Shown: positions 10,824 to 24,748, counted from the stretch's first letter. The stretch is DNA of 64,000 bases from Piromyces finnis finn (GCA_002104945.1 MCFH01000026.1:496001-560000); one strand, 5' to 3'. Notes: generated by a model not told the origin, from the sequence alone. Numbers and translations: made by a program.

Positions 10824-13658
10824 TTATGCCATATACAATGATTGTATTCTTCTTCTACGTTCCTGTCGATTGTTTAAACAATTCATTGGTATAGCACCCC
10901 ATTTATTTGTTGATAAATTACTAGAGATAAATATTAAAAAAAATAAAGAATTAAAAATTTTAATATTTTATATTCAATAATAAAAAAAAGGTTTAAGAAA
11001 TAGGAGAAATGATGTAGGATGCGTTTTTTTTTTATTATTATTATTAAATACTTACGTTCCAACACACCATCCATCTTCAAATACTTTTTCAACTTCAAAG
11101 ACATGTCCATGTTTAACTGTAACTTCATCATTAAGAACTTGTTCATATTCTTTAATAATTTCATATCGACTTCCTTCACGAATTTCATTATTTTCTTCTC
11201 TTCTTCTTCTTGATCTGTCACGCTCATGCTTATGCTCTTCTTTGGTATTGTATCGTTGTTCCCATTCGGATTCTTTATTATCTCTTCTTTTTCTGTCTCT
11301 TGATCTTTCATCTCTTCTTCGATCACCTCCTCTGTCTCTTGATCTTTCATCCCTTCTTCGATCACCTCCTCTATCTCTTGATCTTTCATCTCTTCTTCTT
11401 TCTCTTTCTCTTGCTTTTTCTCTTTCTTTTTGTCTTCTTTGACGCTTTTCTCTTTCAATTCTTTTTTCTTCTTCTTTTTCAAGTCTTTCTTTTTCTTCTT
11501 TTTCTTTCTTTTCTCTTTCAAGTCTTACCTTTTCTTCTTTTTCTTTTCTGGCTTTTTCTTCCATTTCTTTTTTATGTTCTTCGGTTTCACATTTAATAAG
11601 GGGTATATTCATGGATTCACATTTGTGATTTTCTACTTCTTCAATTGGTATATCTTTTTTACATATTTTACATTTAATGGTAAAATGATTCATGGTGAAG
11701 TCGTCTTCTTCATCTCCAGAAGCATCAGAAGCATTTTCTTCAATTTCAAACATGGAAACAAATTTAGGATTACCTACCATTGACATACTCTTACTTATTG
11801 ACATGCTACTCTTATTCAAATAGGTTTCTAATTCTTCTCTTGAACTAATATTTCCAGGATGTAATTCCTTTTCTTCGATTTCATCATCACTATTATCATC
11901 ATCGTAATTATTTCTGTCATGATCATTTCTGTATCTGTCCCTTTCTCTTTCTCTTCTATCTCTATTTCTGCTTCTATCTCTCTGTCTATCTCTTTCTCTA
12001 TCTCTTCTGTTTCTTTCTCTTAATCTTTCTCTTTCTCTTTCCCTTATTCTTTCTCTGTTTCTTTCTCTCTCACTTTTTTCACGAGCTTCTTGACCTCTTC
12101 TGGAAGCAAAACTTCTATCAAAGGTACTACTTCTATTAGTTGATTCGTTAAATTGCTTTAATGGTGACATTGGTGATTTTGGTTTTGAACTAGATAATGT
12201 ATTATACTTGATACTTTCATCAAAGTCTTCTGGATTTATATTATCTCTTGAATAGTAGTCATTATCATAACGATTATTGACCGGTGTTTCATTTTTCATT
12301 CTTCTTAAACTATTATAATTAACATTGTTGTTCATACTTTGTCTAGTATTTAAGAATGGTGCTTTATCGGTTGTTGGAAGCATATCATAATTGTTATAAT
12401 TATCATTTCTTTTATTGTAATCTAGACTATTAAAGTAATTATTATTGTTAGGTATAATTGTAATTCCTGGATCACCACCATCTATATCTGAATTATTAAT
12501 CGTAATGACTTCTGATGCAAATCTAGTCTTTTTCTTTGAACTGCTGTAGATAGATACTGTCTTTGAATCTCTATATACGTTTCCATATTCATCTGTTTGC
12601 TTTATATTTTGTTTTAATGGTACAAAACATGCTAAAATCGCCCCCAATACCTTTTATAATTAAAATTTTTAATGAAAAGGTTATTAACTAATATAAAAAT
12701 AATTGGGTATAAAAATGTCTTTTTTTTGATAGAATAAAAAAAAAATTATGGATGATTTATATGATTTTTACCATAAACACCATTAATCCAATATATAAAT
12801 AAAATGATAGGGAAGGTATTGCACTTGTATTATTTTTATAGTTATTTATAGCACTTCTTCCAATAATTAGATTATCTAGTGATTCTAGTATATGAAATAT
12901 TCCAAAAATATCCAAGAATAAAAATACAGTAATAATTAACCATAGTACTACAGTTATGATATACTAAATGCCGTGATTTTATTATTGTATTGCAATTCAA
13001 TTATTTATACAATTGGATAATAGTTTGAATGTTTTGTATTATGAATTATTTTACAGTGAAAATTTTTAAAAGATTATTTTTATAATTAAAAAATATAATA
13101 TTGAATGTTTTGTATTATGAATTATTTTACAGTGAAAATTTTTAAAAGATTATTTTTATAATTAAAAAATATAATGTTAGTCAATCATACAATTATTTAA
13201 AAATAAATAATAAAAAAAAGAAATATTATTTATGAAAATAAAATAAAAAATTAATGCTTAATTATTTAAAAATAAATAATAAAAAAATGAAATATGATTT
13301 ATGAAAATAAAATAAAAAAATAATGCTTATAAAATATTAAAGAATAACATATCGCCTTTTTAAAAAAAGTTAATAGTAATTTACATATAACAATTAAACA
13401 AATATTCTTTATTCAATTTATCATATATTTAAACAGTAGTAATACAACTATACTAGATTTTAAACTTACCATATAAAGATATTTTAATTTCTTTGACCAA
13501 AATATCATCAATGCTATTAATAGTGATAAAAATATTAGTGCACTCAATATACCCATACTTAAAAATGCACCATCTTTTGAAAGTATGGCTACTACTGTAC
13601 CTGCAAAACCAGTTTGCAGTATTAATGTAAATATAAATAAAGTTTTAGCTATTGCCAT
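10824..13658 (-). CDS. Four-transmembrane protein with long charged tail and C-terminal SH3 domain (Sho1-like architecture)
   Basis: Exons 13470-13658, 12772-12963, 11056-12650 and 10824-10920 join in frame through GT-AG introns. There are four hydrophobic segments, and SH3 YEIIKEYEQVLNDEVTV...EDGWCVGTNLSTNKWGAIPMNCL is completed by the last exon. Confidence 0.85.
13025..13329. repeat. Two adjacent local tandem duplications (76 bp x2 and ~70 bp x2) in intron 1
   Basis: ttgaatgttttgtattatg... starts at 13025 and 13101; attatttaaaaataaataat... starts at ~13192 and 13261. Confidence 0.85.
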
Positions 13659-15310
13659 TTTGTGCTTATTTCTTTTGATTTAATACTGTATTTTTAACAA
13701 TTGATGGCCACAACAAAATATTTTTTTTATAAACTATGTGATGGCCAAATAAATCAAAGGTTATTGTATATTTTAAATAATTTATAAAAAGCGTTTATTC
13801 TAAAGTTAAATTATATTAACCAATTTATTTTATATTATATATATCTATTTTTTAACCTTGATAAGATAAATAAATTTGAATAAAAAGGTTTGTTTCTCTT
13901 AAATAATTGCGTTTTTTTTTTTTTTTTTATTTTTTTGAGTTTTTATCGTATTGTATATACTATATATATGTATAAAAAAATATTTATTTATCCATATTAC
14001 TTTTAAATTGATTTGTTAATAATTGAATTTTTTTAATATCTTATTTTTGCTTGTGTATAACTCAATCCTTTATATATACTAAAATAAAATATATATTGAT
14101 ATTATTGCGATTTTGTTAATTATACTTTTTTTGTATAAGTTTTTTTTTTTTTTTTTTTTGAGTTTTTACTTTATTTCTTTCTTTTTTAAAAAAAAAAAAA
14201 AAAAGTGGAATATAAATTATTAATATTTTGATTAGATTTATTATTGAATTGATTCAATTAAAAAAAAATTGTTTGAATTGTTTTTATTGAAATGAAATTT
14301 CGTTAAATAGGATATAAATAAATAAGCAATCTTTTCCTTCTTTTTTTTTTATCTAAAATCCAATGGATATATAAAAATTTAAATTAAAACAATTTTTTAA
14401 AAATTGAAAAATAAAAAAAGAATAAAAAGAATAAAAAAAAAAAAAAAAGGCATTACTAATAAAAAGGAAATAATAGAAAGATTAATAAATAAAGTTTATT
14501 ATTCATAATCCTAATTTTATATATAATATTATTTTATTACAATATATTACAATACAAATAATATATATATTTCAATCCTTTTTTTTTATTTGTTCAAATA
14601 AAAAGTAACAACACAACATGTAACTTTAAATTCTATAATTTTTTATTTTCTAATTTATTTTGTCATACAATAAAAATTAATATAATTTATATATATTAAT
14701 TATTAAAATAATATATTAAAATAAATAATTATAGTAAATTCATAATAAATAATAATTAAATTTAATACACTATAAATAATCCTTAAATCATAAATAATAT
14801 ACTTTTTGTATTTATTAAAGTTTCCAATTTAATTTAACTAAGATAGATTAAATATCTTTTTAATTTAGAGTTGAACAAAAAAGTATATAACTTTTATAAT
14901 TATTAAGGTTATATTTCTTTCCTTTTAATATAAAAATTAATATATTTTAAAGGTAATACAAACTATTTAATTTAGAAGTACATTTTAAGTGGAATGCTAT
15001 TTTATGACATCGTCATTTATGATAATGTAAACAATTTTTAAAAGGTTTTATTGTAAGTTGTATTTATATTGAAATAGCATCAAATCCCCTACAATTCTTG
15101 CAATAAAACTTTATTGTCTATGATTTTTATATATGAATTGTAGTAAAAACTTTATGGGAATTATTAGAAAGTCATAAATAAAACTTTAAAGTATAAGAAT
15201 TGCAAAATTTTAGGAAATAATCACATTTTTAAGAATTGAGAAATTTTCCATTAGAATAATTAGAATAATAGGATGATAACGATGTTGCTGTTTCAAAATT
15301 TGTTTGACAT

Positions 15311-15382
15311 ATAAAATCATTTATTATTATAAATAGATAAATATACATTTATTTATCTATTTATAATAATAAATGATTTTAT
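15311..15382. repeat. Perfect 32-bp inverted repeat with 8-nt spacer
   Basis: ataaaatcatttattattataaatagataaat / atacattt / atttatctatttataataataaatgattttat. Confidence 0.9.
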
Positions 15383-16596
15383 GAGGTAATATTGTTATTG
15401 AAAAGAAGTAGAAGTACCAGCAGAAAAAAATAGTAAATTTCTTTTTTAGCTTTGCTCAACCATAGTATACATAACATTTAGAATAACTACTATAATCATT
15501 ACCGTATTCTGTTAATAATAATTCTTTTTATTCCTATTATTTCTTTTTAAATTATCAGGTGGTGTTTAAAAGCTGTGATAGTTAGAATTTGCTTATTTAA
15601 AAAAGTGACATTTATTTTTAAGGAATTTAATAAAATGATGGCTTTAATAATATATAAACAACTAAATGTATTTAATAATATATAAAAATAGAGTTATTTT
15701 ATGATATATTGTGGCACATTGATATACCTAATTTTCTTCATTAAAGTCAAATAAAACATAAAATGTGATTTGTGTAACTATTTCGAGAGAATAATAATTA
15801 AAATCTGTTACTATATTAAGTAAAATTAATGAGTTTAATTTATTTTATATTAACATGTTTTTAAACTTTATTTATATTTAAAATCTTAATTAAAAAAAAA
15901 TAAAATATTTTATAATATTTTATAATATATAATATACAAATTTATATACAAAAATTCGTTTATAATATATGATGACCTAGATTCAAACCTTAATAATTAA
16001 TAAATTGAATTTAAGATCAAAAACAAAAAACAAAATAGCATAAAGCTAGGGAAAAAAAAAAATGGATGAAAGATGCATTGTTTTATAATAATAATTATAG
16101 TTAACAACCTGTTGTAAATTACATAAATAATTGTTTAAATCCATAATAATAATAAATATATATTAAAAATATTATGACTTATCATTGTCTATATCAATAT
16201 AACTGTTAAATGCTTCATTTGATGATGGTTAAACATAGCCATTTAATAATTTTTATACTATTAAATGAATATTGATGAAACATACTTATTTTTTGTCGAT
16301 AATACCAAATTCAATATCTCTAAAAATTATTCCATTGATATGAAGAACTATCATACATAAATTTATATTTCACATCAGAACATTTATTAATTTTTTAAGT
16401 AATTATATCCCTTTTTACTAGTAAAGTTACTTAAATCTAAACAATAATCAGTTGGATTTCTAATATTACCATTTAGAAATCTAAACAATAATCAGTTGGA
16501 TTTCCAATATTACCATTTAGAGAAGGAATGTAAGGATCATCCAAATTAAATATTCTTATATACTCACTTTTATTATTAAAGAAGTTTATAAACTAG

Positions 16597-16739
16597 GATT
16601 TATACAGTATCTTAGATTTTTAGCCTGAAATTTCTGCCTTTTCTAATTTTTGTCTGGTTGAAATTTTACCAGAGGTCAAATTTCCTCTGGTCAGAAATCC
16701 TGGCTAAATCCTTCCAAAATCTAAGATAAAGTATAAATC
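16597..16739. mobile_element. MITE-like element with 24-bp terminal inverted repeats
   Basis: The left end gatttatacagtatcttagatttt matches the reverse complement of the right end at 22/24 positions. Internal inverted repeats include ccagagg/cctctgg. The left TIR contains TA-CAGT, as in Tc1/mariner ends. Confidence 0.65.
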
Positions 16740-19700
16740 ATCAGATAAATAAAGATAAGAATGATCTGTTTCAGAGGTAATAAACTATGTGTAATATTTA
16801 TCAGTATTTTTCATATCAAAACTTTCGTTCACATCTAATTTTGGAACAATTAAATATATACTATTATCAAAAGTATAGCCTTTAAATGTGACAGGTATAA
16901 AATTTGATTTTATAATATTATTATTTGTTGGTGCTTAAGTTAAGCTCGTTATACCACTTTTATATTTAGTAGTTGTTACAGGGATTTCTGTAGTTATTAT
17001 AACTGGTATTACTGTTGGTATTATAGATGGTATTGTAGATGATATTACAGTACTTTTAGTAATATAGTCAGTAGTAGTGGTACGTATATATAAAGCGGTT
17101 TCTTGTTCAATTTCGTCCCATTTATAATTTGGATAATTTTAAGTATAGTTACATTCTTTTAATATATAATATATCGGAGTAGTAGATGCAATATGGTATG
17201 GTGTTTTAGTAATAACCAATCCATTGCTATCTGTAAAAGACTCATAATACTTAAATAAAAAATTTGCATTTGAACCTTTAGAAATTGATAAATAGTATGA
17301 ACTTCCGATAGCTTGACCTACATTTAAACAATAGTCTGATAAACCTCCATTTTGATTTGCTAGATACATTTTTGAAGGGGTTATTTTTCGATTTAACTAA
17401 CTATTTAATACATTTACTTGGACTTTTATTATAAATGCCACCATATAATGTAGTATATTCCTTCAATTCATTAACACCTAAAATATATTTAGATTCAATA
17501 GTTCCAAAGTAACCAACATATGAATATGCTTCATAACTTTTATTTATTTTAGTAACTAAACTAGTTTGTATTTTTTAGTTGAATAGTTAGTTGAATAATT
17601 AATTAAATAGTTAGTTGAATATTTTGTTGAATATTTAGTAATAACTGTAGTTATAACTTTTGGTCTTGGATAATCATAATATACAATTTTTTCATTGGCA
17701 TATATTTCATAAAATTCAATTTTACCGTTTTCATCATTACATGAGATGCGAATATCTTTTTTTTTTCGAGGATGTGTTATTAAAATTATTAACATATTTA
17801 GCTAATGTGATAGGATTACCATATTTATAATTTAAAACAAAATTATTTTCATCATCAAAATTTGCATCAATAAATTCATTATCATTATCAAATAAATATT
17901 TTTCTGATTGTCCTTTGAATAATTCTTCATTCTTTTCATTATCCTCCTTCAGTGTATCTGTACATGAATCCACTTTTCTTAAGAATAAAACCATAGTTAC
18001 CATTCTTGCCCATAATTTTTTGACCAATTTTGAAATTCTTTTTTTTTCTTCATTTTTTGTATTTGAATAAAACAAAGTACTCTTAATTTGATTAATATTA
18101 AAAAGGTTTATAATAATTTCATTAATATCCAAATTAATAAACTTACAATTCAATTTATCAATATTTTTTGATTTTTATTGGATTCATCATCACCATTGCA
18201 GTTTATAGCATAATTATGGAATTTATCTAAATTCCATTCATCTTTAAATAATTCATATTTGACATTTATACATTACAACCCACCATTATTCTCAATGATT
18301 GATTTTAATACACTATCAACATAATATTCACCTAGTGTAATCCTAGAAATATTAAAGCCTTTCATGACTTCAAGTTTGTAAATTTTTGAACAATCAACAT
18401 TTTGACTATTTACGTTATTCAATTCTAGACCATTTAAACATATATTTGTGTTAAGTCTATATTTCCAAACCAACTCTTTTTTTTTCATCACTAATATTTA
18501 TTTCTATTTCATTTTTATTATTGCAAAACATCTCAACTTTTGGACGGTTTATATTTAATAAAACTAAATTATCACTTCCTAATGAAGTAATAAAATTACC
18601 TGTATCATTCTCAAGATAAAATTTAGATGGCTGATATTGATTTAATACATCATTTGTATATATAACATTATATTTTTTGTATCTACAAGTCTAAAACTTT
18701 TACCAGAACCATTATAAGTTTCTTATGTTTCCTATGTCAAACAGCTCATGTCATTTGCACCGATAAGGGAATTATTCAAACAAAAATTTTTATTGTAATC
18801 TGTATTAGAAATTAGTTTATCATCTCTTCTACATTTATTCATAACTTTGTCAATCATTTCATTCGTATCATCATCATTATATATAGCAAAGAAGGTATTA
18901 CTACTTTTTTGATCACATCTTAATGACATGCTACTTGGTAATTTTCCATATTCTCCAATTTTTTTGCTGAAATTTTCAAATATATTAAAACCATTAACTA
19001 CTAATGGTGTGATACTGAACTTTGTTTTATCTCTACACTATATGTTTTTTCTCCTATCTAAAAATTTATAATTATCAGTAAGAGTGGCACAAACAATATT
19101 ATCCTTTGAAATAATTGAATCACCAACATATAATTTTTTACCATCATACACAGTAATGTTTGACTTTTTTACTATACTATCAAATTCATCTTCAATATAA
19201 TACCCATAATTTTCTTCACATTTAAATTGAACATATTGAGCATTAGATATATTTTCCACATCGATTGACCTATCATTATTACCATTATCTTTATAAAAGT
19301 TACGCCTGAAATATCCCTCTTTCTTTTCCAAATAAATATATTGAAGATGATTTGCATCTTTTTCTTCAGCAACTGTATATACATGTTTTCTATCATAGAA
19401 TCTACCATTTTCAGTTATATTAAAGCCTAAAATATGACTGAAAATAATAACCTAATAACCTAAAATAACCATATTCTGTTAAATTAATATATTTAATAAA
19501 CCGTTCATCATATAAAGACTCACCAATAAATAATTTTTTATTATTTAATGAAGATATAAAATTCTTTTTCACAAACTTTGGATATCTCCAAAATTCAAAA
19601 CCACTTTCTTCATCTTCAATTATAACATATAATTTTTCGTATTCTATTTTACATTGTATCTGTCATTTGTTTGAATAATATATTTCGCCTAATAAATTTT

Positions 19701-20053
19701 TATCGTTTAATAATAATATTCCTTCATCTTTATTGAATCTTTATGAATTTATTATTATTAATTAAATTAATATGTATAGTTTAGTTTCATGATTGAAAAA
19801 TAAACCAATTAAGCCGTTTTCCTCATCTGCAATATCTATACGTATACATGGTAAATTAAAATAACCATTATTTACGTATAATTTATCACGAACCACATCA
19901 TTACCTTTAAGAATTACTTTTTTTTTCCAATAGGAGGATATTCATACATAACACTTTCTTTGGATATATTATACAAAACAAATTTATTATACCCATGATA
20001 ATCCATACATTTTCCTATTAACACATCATCTCTGCTAATATTAGTGACACTAG

Positions 20054-20192
20054 GATTGTCCAACTTTTAGAGATATTAAACATTACAATTCCATAGTCCA
20101 GCTATTAAATTTTTTCAGTCAACGTAATTCCAACAATCCTATCAATAATAATGAAAATGTTAATATCAGTAGAGATAGCAATAATAATAATA
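20054..20192 (+). mobile_element. LINE family A internal fragment (post-zinc-knuckle region), plus strand
   Basis: Translates DCPTFRDIKHYNSIVQLLNFFSQRNSNNPINNNE, matching the ORF at 26640-26775. Confidence 0.9.
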
Positions 20193-20412
20193 GAGTTTTA
20201 TCTTTTAGTATTTTTATAAATAGAAAGAAACATAAATTTGTTCATTATATACCTTATATTAACATTTTTTTATATTAGAAATTTATCTTACCTAGTGAAA
20301 TGAATTATAATTATATCCTTGTTCCTCACACAAAACAAAAAAATTTTAATTTCCATCGAATGTCAAAAAGTCCAACAGTAATTACAATAAAATTTTCAAA
20401 AAATGAACCAAT

Positions 20413-20997
20413 TCTTACTTTCAATAGCCAGTAGAAGTCATAGGCAAACTCTGGGTACTCATAACATAATTTAATAAAACCTTTGGTTTCAATAAATTTA
20501 TTATCGTCATAGTATTTGGCTTTGATTGAATTTCCTTTGAAATCTTTCCAATAAAAATTTTTAACTGCTTTAACATCTCCATGCTTCTTTAATTTTTTTT
20601 ATTAAATGTCCTACTTGATTTGCACCATGTATATTTTCTAAATTTAGGAATGTAATCGATAAGGTGTGAGATGATACAATTTGAATTTTTCCATTTATTA
20701 AAACATCTAACCTGAGCTAATGCTTATTTCACTAACAATGAAGGAATATTCAAATCTTTTGAAATAGAGTATAGAAATATAAACGATACAACTTTATGAA
20801 CTCCGACAACCTATTGTATTCTTTTGTTAACAAGTTTCTGAGTAATCCTAGACCTAGCTTTGTTGGATCCAAGTAATGGTGCAAAGTATTGAAACTCTGC
20901 TGATCACTTGGGAGTTAAGTACTAGCTTTTTAAAAGAAATAGGAATATTAGGATTTCTTAGGAATTTAATGACTGAGAAAAGTCCTTTTAAAACCTT
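20413..20997 (-). mobile_element. LINE family A internal fragment (post-RT region), degenerate
   Basis: Aligns at nucleotide level to 26885-27468, with stops and indels. Confidence 0.9.
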
Positions 20998-21072
20998 CAC
21001 TAATAATCTTTTTCTTTTTCTTTTTCCTATTCACTCAATATCACAAACTGTAGATTGTTCTAATCTATAGCC

Positions 21073-21416
21073 TTTTTTTTTAACGTCATCAAATATTTTT
21101 AAACTTTATTAAAATTATAATACATGTTATAAAAAACAAAAATTAAAATTAAAAATAAAAAAATGGGTTTAAATAAATATAAATGAATAAAAATTGGGTA
21201 TGATGTATTCGAGCCATTTTAATTAAAGTAAGAAAGCCACTATGATACTAAAATACAATAATTATAGTTGACTTCCAATGAGAGACACCGAGCCAAAGAT
21301 TAAAATTTTATCATGGGACAAAATTATGATCTTCATTGGTTACGCTAGCCCTCCTGGCCTGTCTTTCTGTTTCTTCAGCATTGACGCTCTTGGATATTGC
21401 TTCAAACCTTTTGAAC
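21073..21416 (-). mobile_element. LINE family A 5'-truncated copy (ORF end, 3' UTR, A tail)
   Basis: A T run, then aacgtcatcaaatattt..., aligning to 25879-26222. Confidence 0.9.
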
Positions 21417-21654
21417 CTTGACCACAATCTATCCTACGCTACAACTTGAAACTTTATTTTCAAATTAGTAATTATGTCCATCTTTATCCTGCTTACAATT
21501 TTTTTTTTTTTTTTTTTTTTTAGACTAGGAAGAGAATACACATCTTTTATTTATTTATTTAATTTGTGATATTACATAATATTTGGTGATAATACATATT
21601 GATATAATAAATAATAAATAAAAATAATAAAATATATATAAAATTGGTCTCTAC

Positions 21655-24600
21655 CTAATAAATTAAATGAAATAAAAAAAAAAGAAGTAATATCAGGTAT
21701 GATAGTGTGGTGTCCACTAAACTCTCCCATAAGCTCATAATGTTTTCATTCGAATTTGAGGAAATACTAACATTGAACCCTGTGTACGGAACATTAGGAA
21801 TGTTCCTTTGCCATATCGGTAAGACATCGGCGCTCTTGATTACGTTAGGTGTCTTACTAAACCTCTCAAAAAGTAGCTTCATAGAGCTACTAATGATAGG
21901 GATTGTTTTAGTAAGAAAAGCCGCGAGACCCTCTACCTATGGAACATGAGACCCCGATGAACTGTAAAGCTGTTCATTCAAATGTCTTTGTTCCGCCTTA
22001 TCGATTTGTAGCTCATCGTAAGCTAAAGTTCTACCAAGAAGGAACGTAAAAATATAGTTATAAATTGTTTTTCTTACTTCAGGGAGTAAGTATGTGATGA
22101 ATTGATTCTTATATTTATTGTAAAAAAGGGTAAAAAGATCGTCAAGAAAGTTAAGTGAAGAAGCTCTGTATTCAGAGAATGCAGAACATTCTAATATTCA
22201 ATGGTAAAAAGATTGTTCGTCATATCCGCAACATGGACAGACACGAGGGCAGTCAGGAGTAACTCTATTACTGGTAATAGCAACTCGGGTAGTATTTTCA
22301 TAACCGCATCGAATATGAATAATCCAGGTAATTCCTAAATTTAAGTGAGGTTTGTTGAGACCGATATGCATTAGGCGATTTGAATTAAGGAATTTGTTGT
22401 TAGTATATCTGAGGGCTTTACTTCCATTATTTAGCCTAGTATTATTCCAATAATGTTCTCTATTATCTTTAGTACTTTTAATATTTATTTTCATAAGCTT
22501 CTTATGTAGTGAACAAGATTCTTTGGCCCATGAGTAATGAGACATGGGAGGAATAGATCGGACGAGATCTTTAATTATACAATTTGATTTTCTCCATTTA
22601 ACAAAGCATTTCACTTGTTGTGCAGCACAAATACCTGAAAGGGTAGGAATCTTCATATCTCTTGTAAGAGCATACAGACTAATAAATGAATTTCGTTCAA
22701 AAACAAAATCTTTGTTATTAAAACTTTTATTGTGAAAGCTATTGATACTCCATAAAACAGCAGAATTGATAAGAGATTGGACTCTTCTAGTTCTATTTTT
22801 GTTGGAACCAAGTAAAGAAGCATAATAAGAGACTTTGCTTAAAATATAAGAATGAATTACTATATTTTTTAAGCCAATAGGAACACAATTGTTGATGAGG
22901 AAGTTCTTCATTGACAGAACAACATTCCTAATTTCCTCAATAGCAATGGGACCATTTATATCCCATGCTATTTGATTGATATGATTGAATCGGAAGGCTC
23001 TTTCCCAGTAACCACGATTTAAGCTGTGATTTGAAACATTCAGATGCAAGATTTTCATAATGTTCAGCCCAACGTTTTAATTGTTCTTGAGAAGTAAATA
23101 AATCCTTGCCATTCTTGTCCTTAAGAGTTGAAACATGGGAGGACGAATAACTTGGTTTGGCAAGTTTTTTAAGGCCTTTCCAACCTTGTCTAAAGCTTTT
23201 ACCAATAAAAGGTTCACCGATAGAAACAATATTAGCTTTATAGAGATTGGATCTGAATTTACTCTTAACCTTTTTGATGGTATTACATAAATTTTGGTAT
23301 ATGGAGAACGGGTTAAGATAATTTTCCATGTCAGCGCGATCTGAAAAGGGCTTAATATTTTTGTAAGCCAGGTGTTTTCCATGTGATAAGTTTTTGATGT
23401 ATTGAGGGTAATGGAATGCTGGACCTTTTAAATCTGCAGGCACAATGGCTTTTATTTCTTTACCTATAGTTTTGGAGGTATCTAAAAATATTGAAACCAT
23501 ATCGTCAGCCGAAAGGCTATCGCAATTTGCTTCATGCTCAGAAGCTAGAATAGCAAAGCGATTACTAGTAAGAATGTCAGAACACTTTGTGTTACAGATA
23601 TGACTTGACCATTTAAAGGTCTTCTTAGGCTTTTTGAAACCATCAGAAGAGTCTTTTTTACAAGATACAAGGATCGGTTTGTGATCAGAAACATCGTGAA
23701 AAGCTCTTCACAAACTGAAGATTTGTTTATGTGTTCTGTCATAGCTTTGTTGCATATAATATGATTAATGCATGAAGATTTAGATCCTTTTTCCCAAGTG
23801 AAATTATTACCAGTTAATTCTGCCATAGTCCAATCCGGGAAGTGTTGTGATATATAAGATTTGATTTTAATAGCTGACATATTAAAGTCTCCTACAAGGA
23901 TAGCTGGGTGGTTGAACTTGTTAACCACTTATCAAGTTCATCAAAGGCAATTAATCTAGCATCCGGCCATCTAGTTTGCGGGAAATAAATATTACCGATG
24001 GTACATCTCTGGTTCCAAAATGACAGTATTGTAACTGAAATGATGTACTTATATAGAAGAGGTTCAGGAGTAAAGAAACAAGAGTTATGAACACCAATGT
24101 AAAGTCCTCTCATACCTGGAACTTTAGGATTAGCACGTCTGTGTACTGGTTTATGGTTCAGTAGGCATGGGGAGGAAATTGCATTACCACAGAGGAATTG
24201 GCTGTTACCTACTTCTTGAAGGCAGACATATACAGGTTTGAAAACAGAGATGAAGTATAAAACACCGTCCTTTTTCTCAGGGTTCCAACCATTGATGTTC
24301 CAACAAGTACATAAGTTGAAAAAGGAAGCATTAGAACTTAAGTGACTAAAATAGAAATTGTCAGAGAGTGAACCAGTAGTGGATTTGATAGATCGTTTGT
24401 TTTTGTATGATCTATTGTTTTTGAGCTTATCAATGAATTTCCAAGATATTTTACTAGAGATTGGGAGTTTTTTAGAAAGTAAGTGTATAAGTAACATGGC
24501 TTTAAGCGGGCATTTTCCATTGACTTTTAAAATGAAATAGGTATCGAGTGATTGTGAATATTTTTTGGTGAGGGATTGAAGAATATCATTGAAAGGTTGA

Positions 24601-24748
24601 ATATCCTTTAAAAGAAATTCCATTAGTCGTTGTTTTAACCATGAACTAAGATCATGGATAAAAATTAGATATGATTTATTGGAGTTAGATCCGAAGAAAC
24701 GCGAAGGCCACGTCGTAAGGTAGGTACAGTACAATTGGTATTGTTCAT
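21655..24748 (-). pseudogene. Family B polyprotein remnant: N-terminal domain, APE endonuclease, no RT, zinc knuckle, C-terminal domain
   Basis: APE motifs CWNINGW, CLQEVG, ILVGDFN and SSCINHI; zinc knuckle CPCCG..EQSFYH*ILEC. It has frameshifts and stops, and SMKNF joins directly to LINNCVP, skipping the RT. Confidence 0.85.

Larger units (their letters stand above)
16200..20400 (-). pseudogene. Decayed multidomain, probably secreted gene with ricin-B/CBM13-like repeats and Thr-rich linkers
   Basis: Fragmented minus-strand frames contain repeated (D/N)xCL(D/N)...KC motifs (DYCLDLSN..INKCS, DYCLNVG..SISKGS, NFCLNN) and T-rich linkers. There are many stops and frameshifts, plus a 39-bp internal duplication near 16435-16512. 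Boundaries are approximate. Confidence 0.4.

Noticed and set aside
10934-11783. Several overlapping ORFs in the SH3 gene
   Set aside because: They are shadow frames of the purine-rich RE/RD repeat coding sequence.
13700-13750. Twice-repeated TGATGGCCA upstream of the SH3 gene as a regulatory site
   Set aside because: Two 9-mers with no comparative support are too weak to call.
20054-20997. Twin-priming 5' inversion joining the two opposite-strand LINE fragments
   Set aside because: They are ~220 bp apart, lack a poly(A) end and a TSD, and their order does not fit a single inverted insertion.
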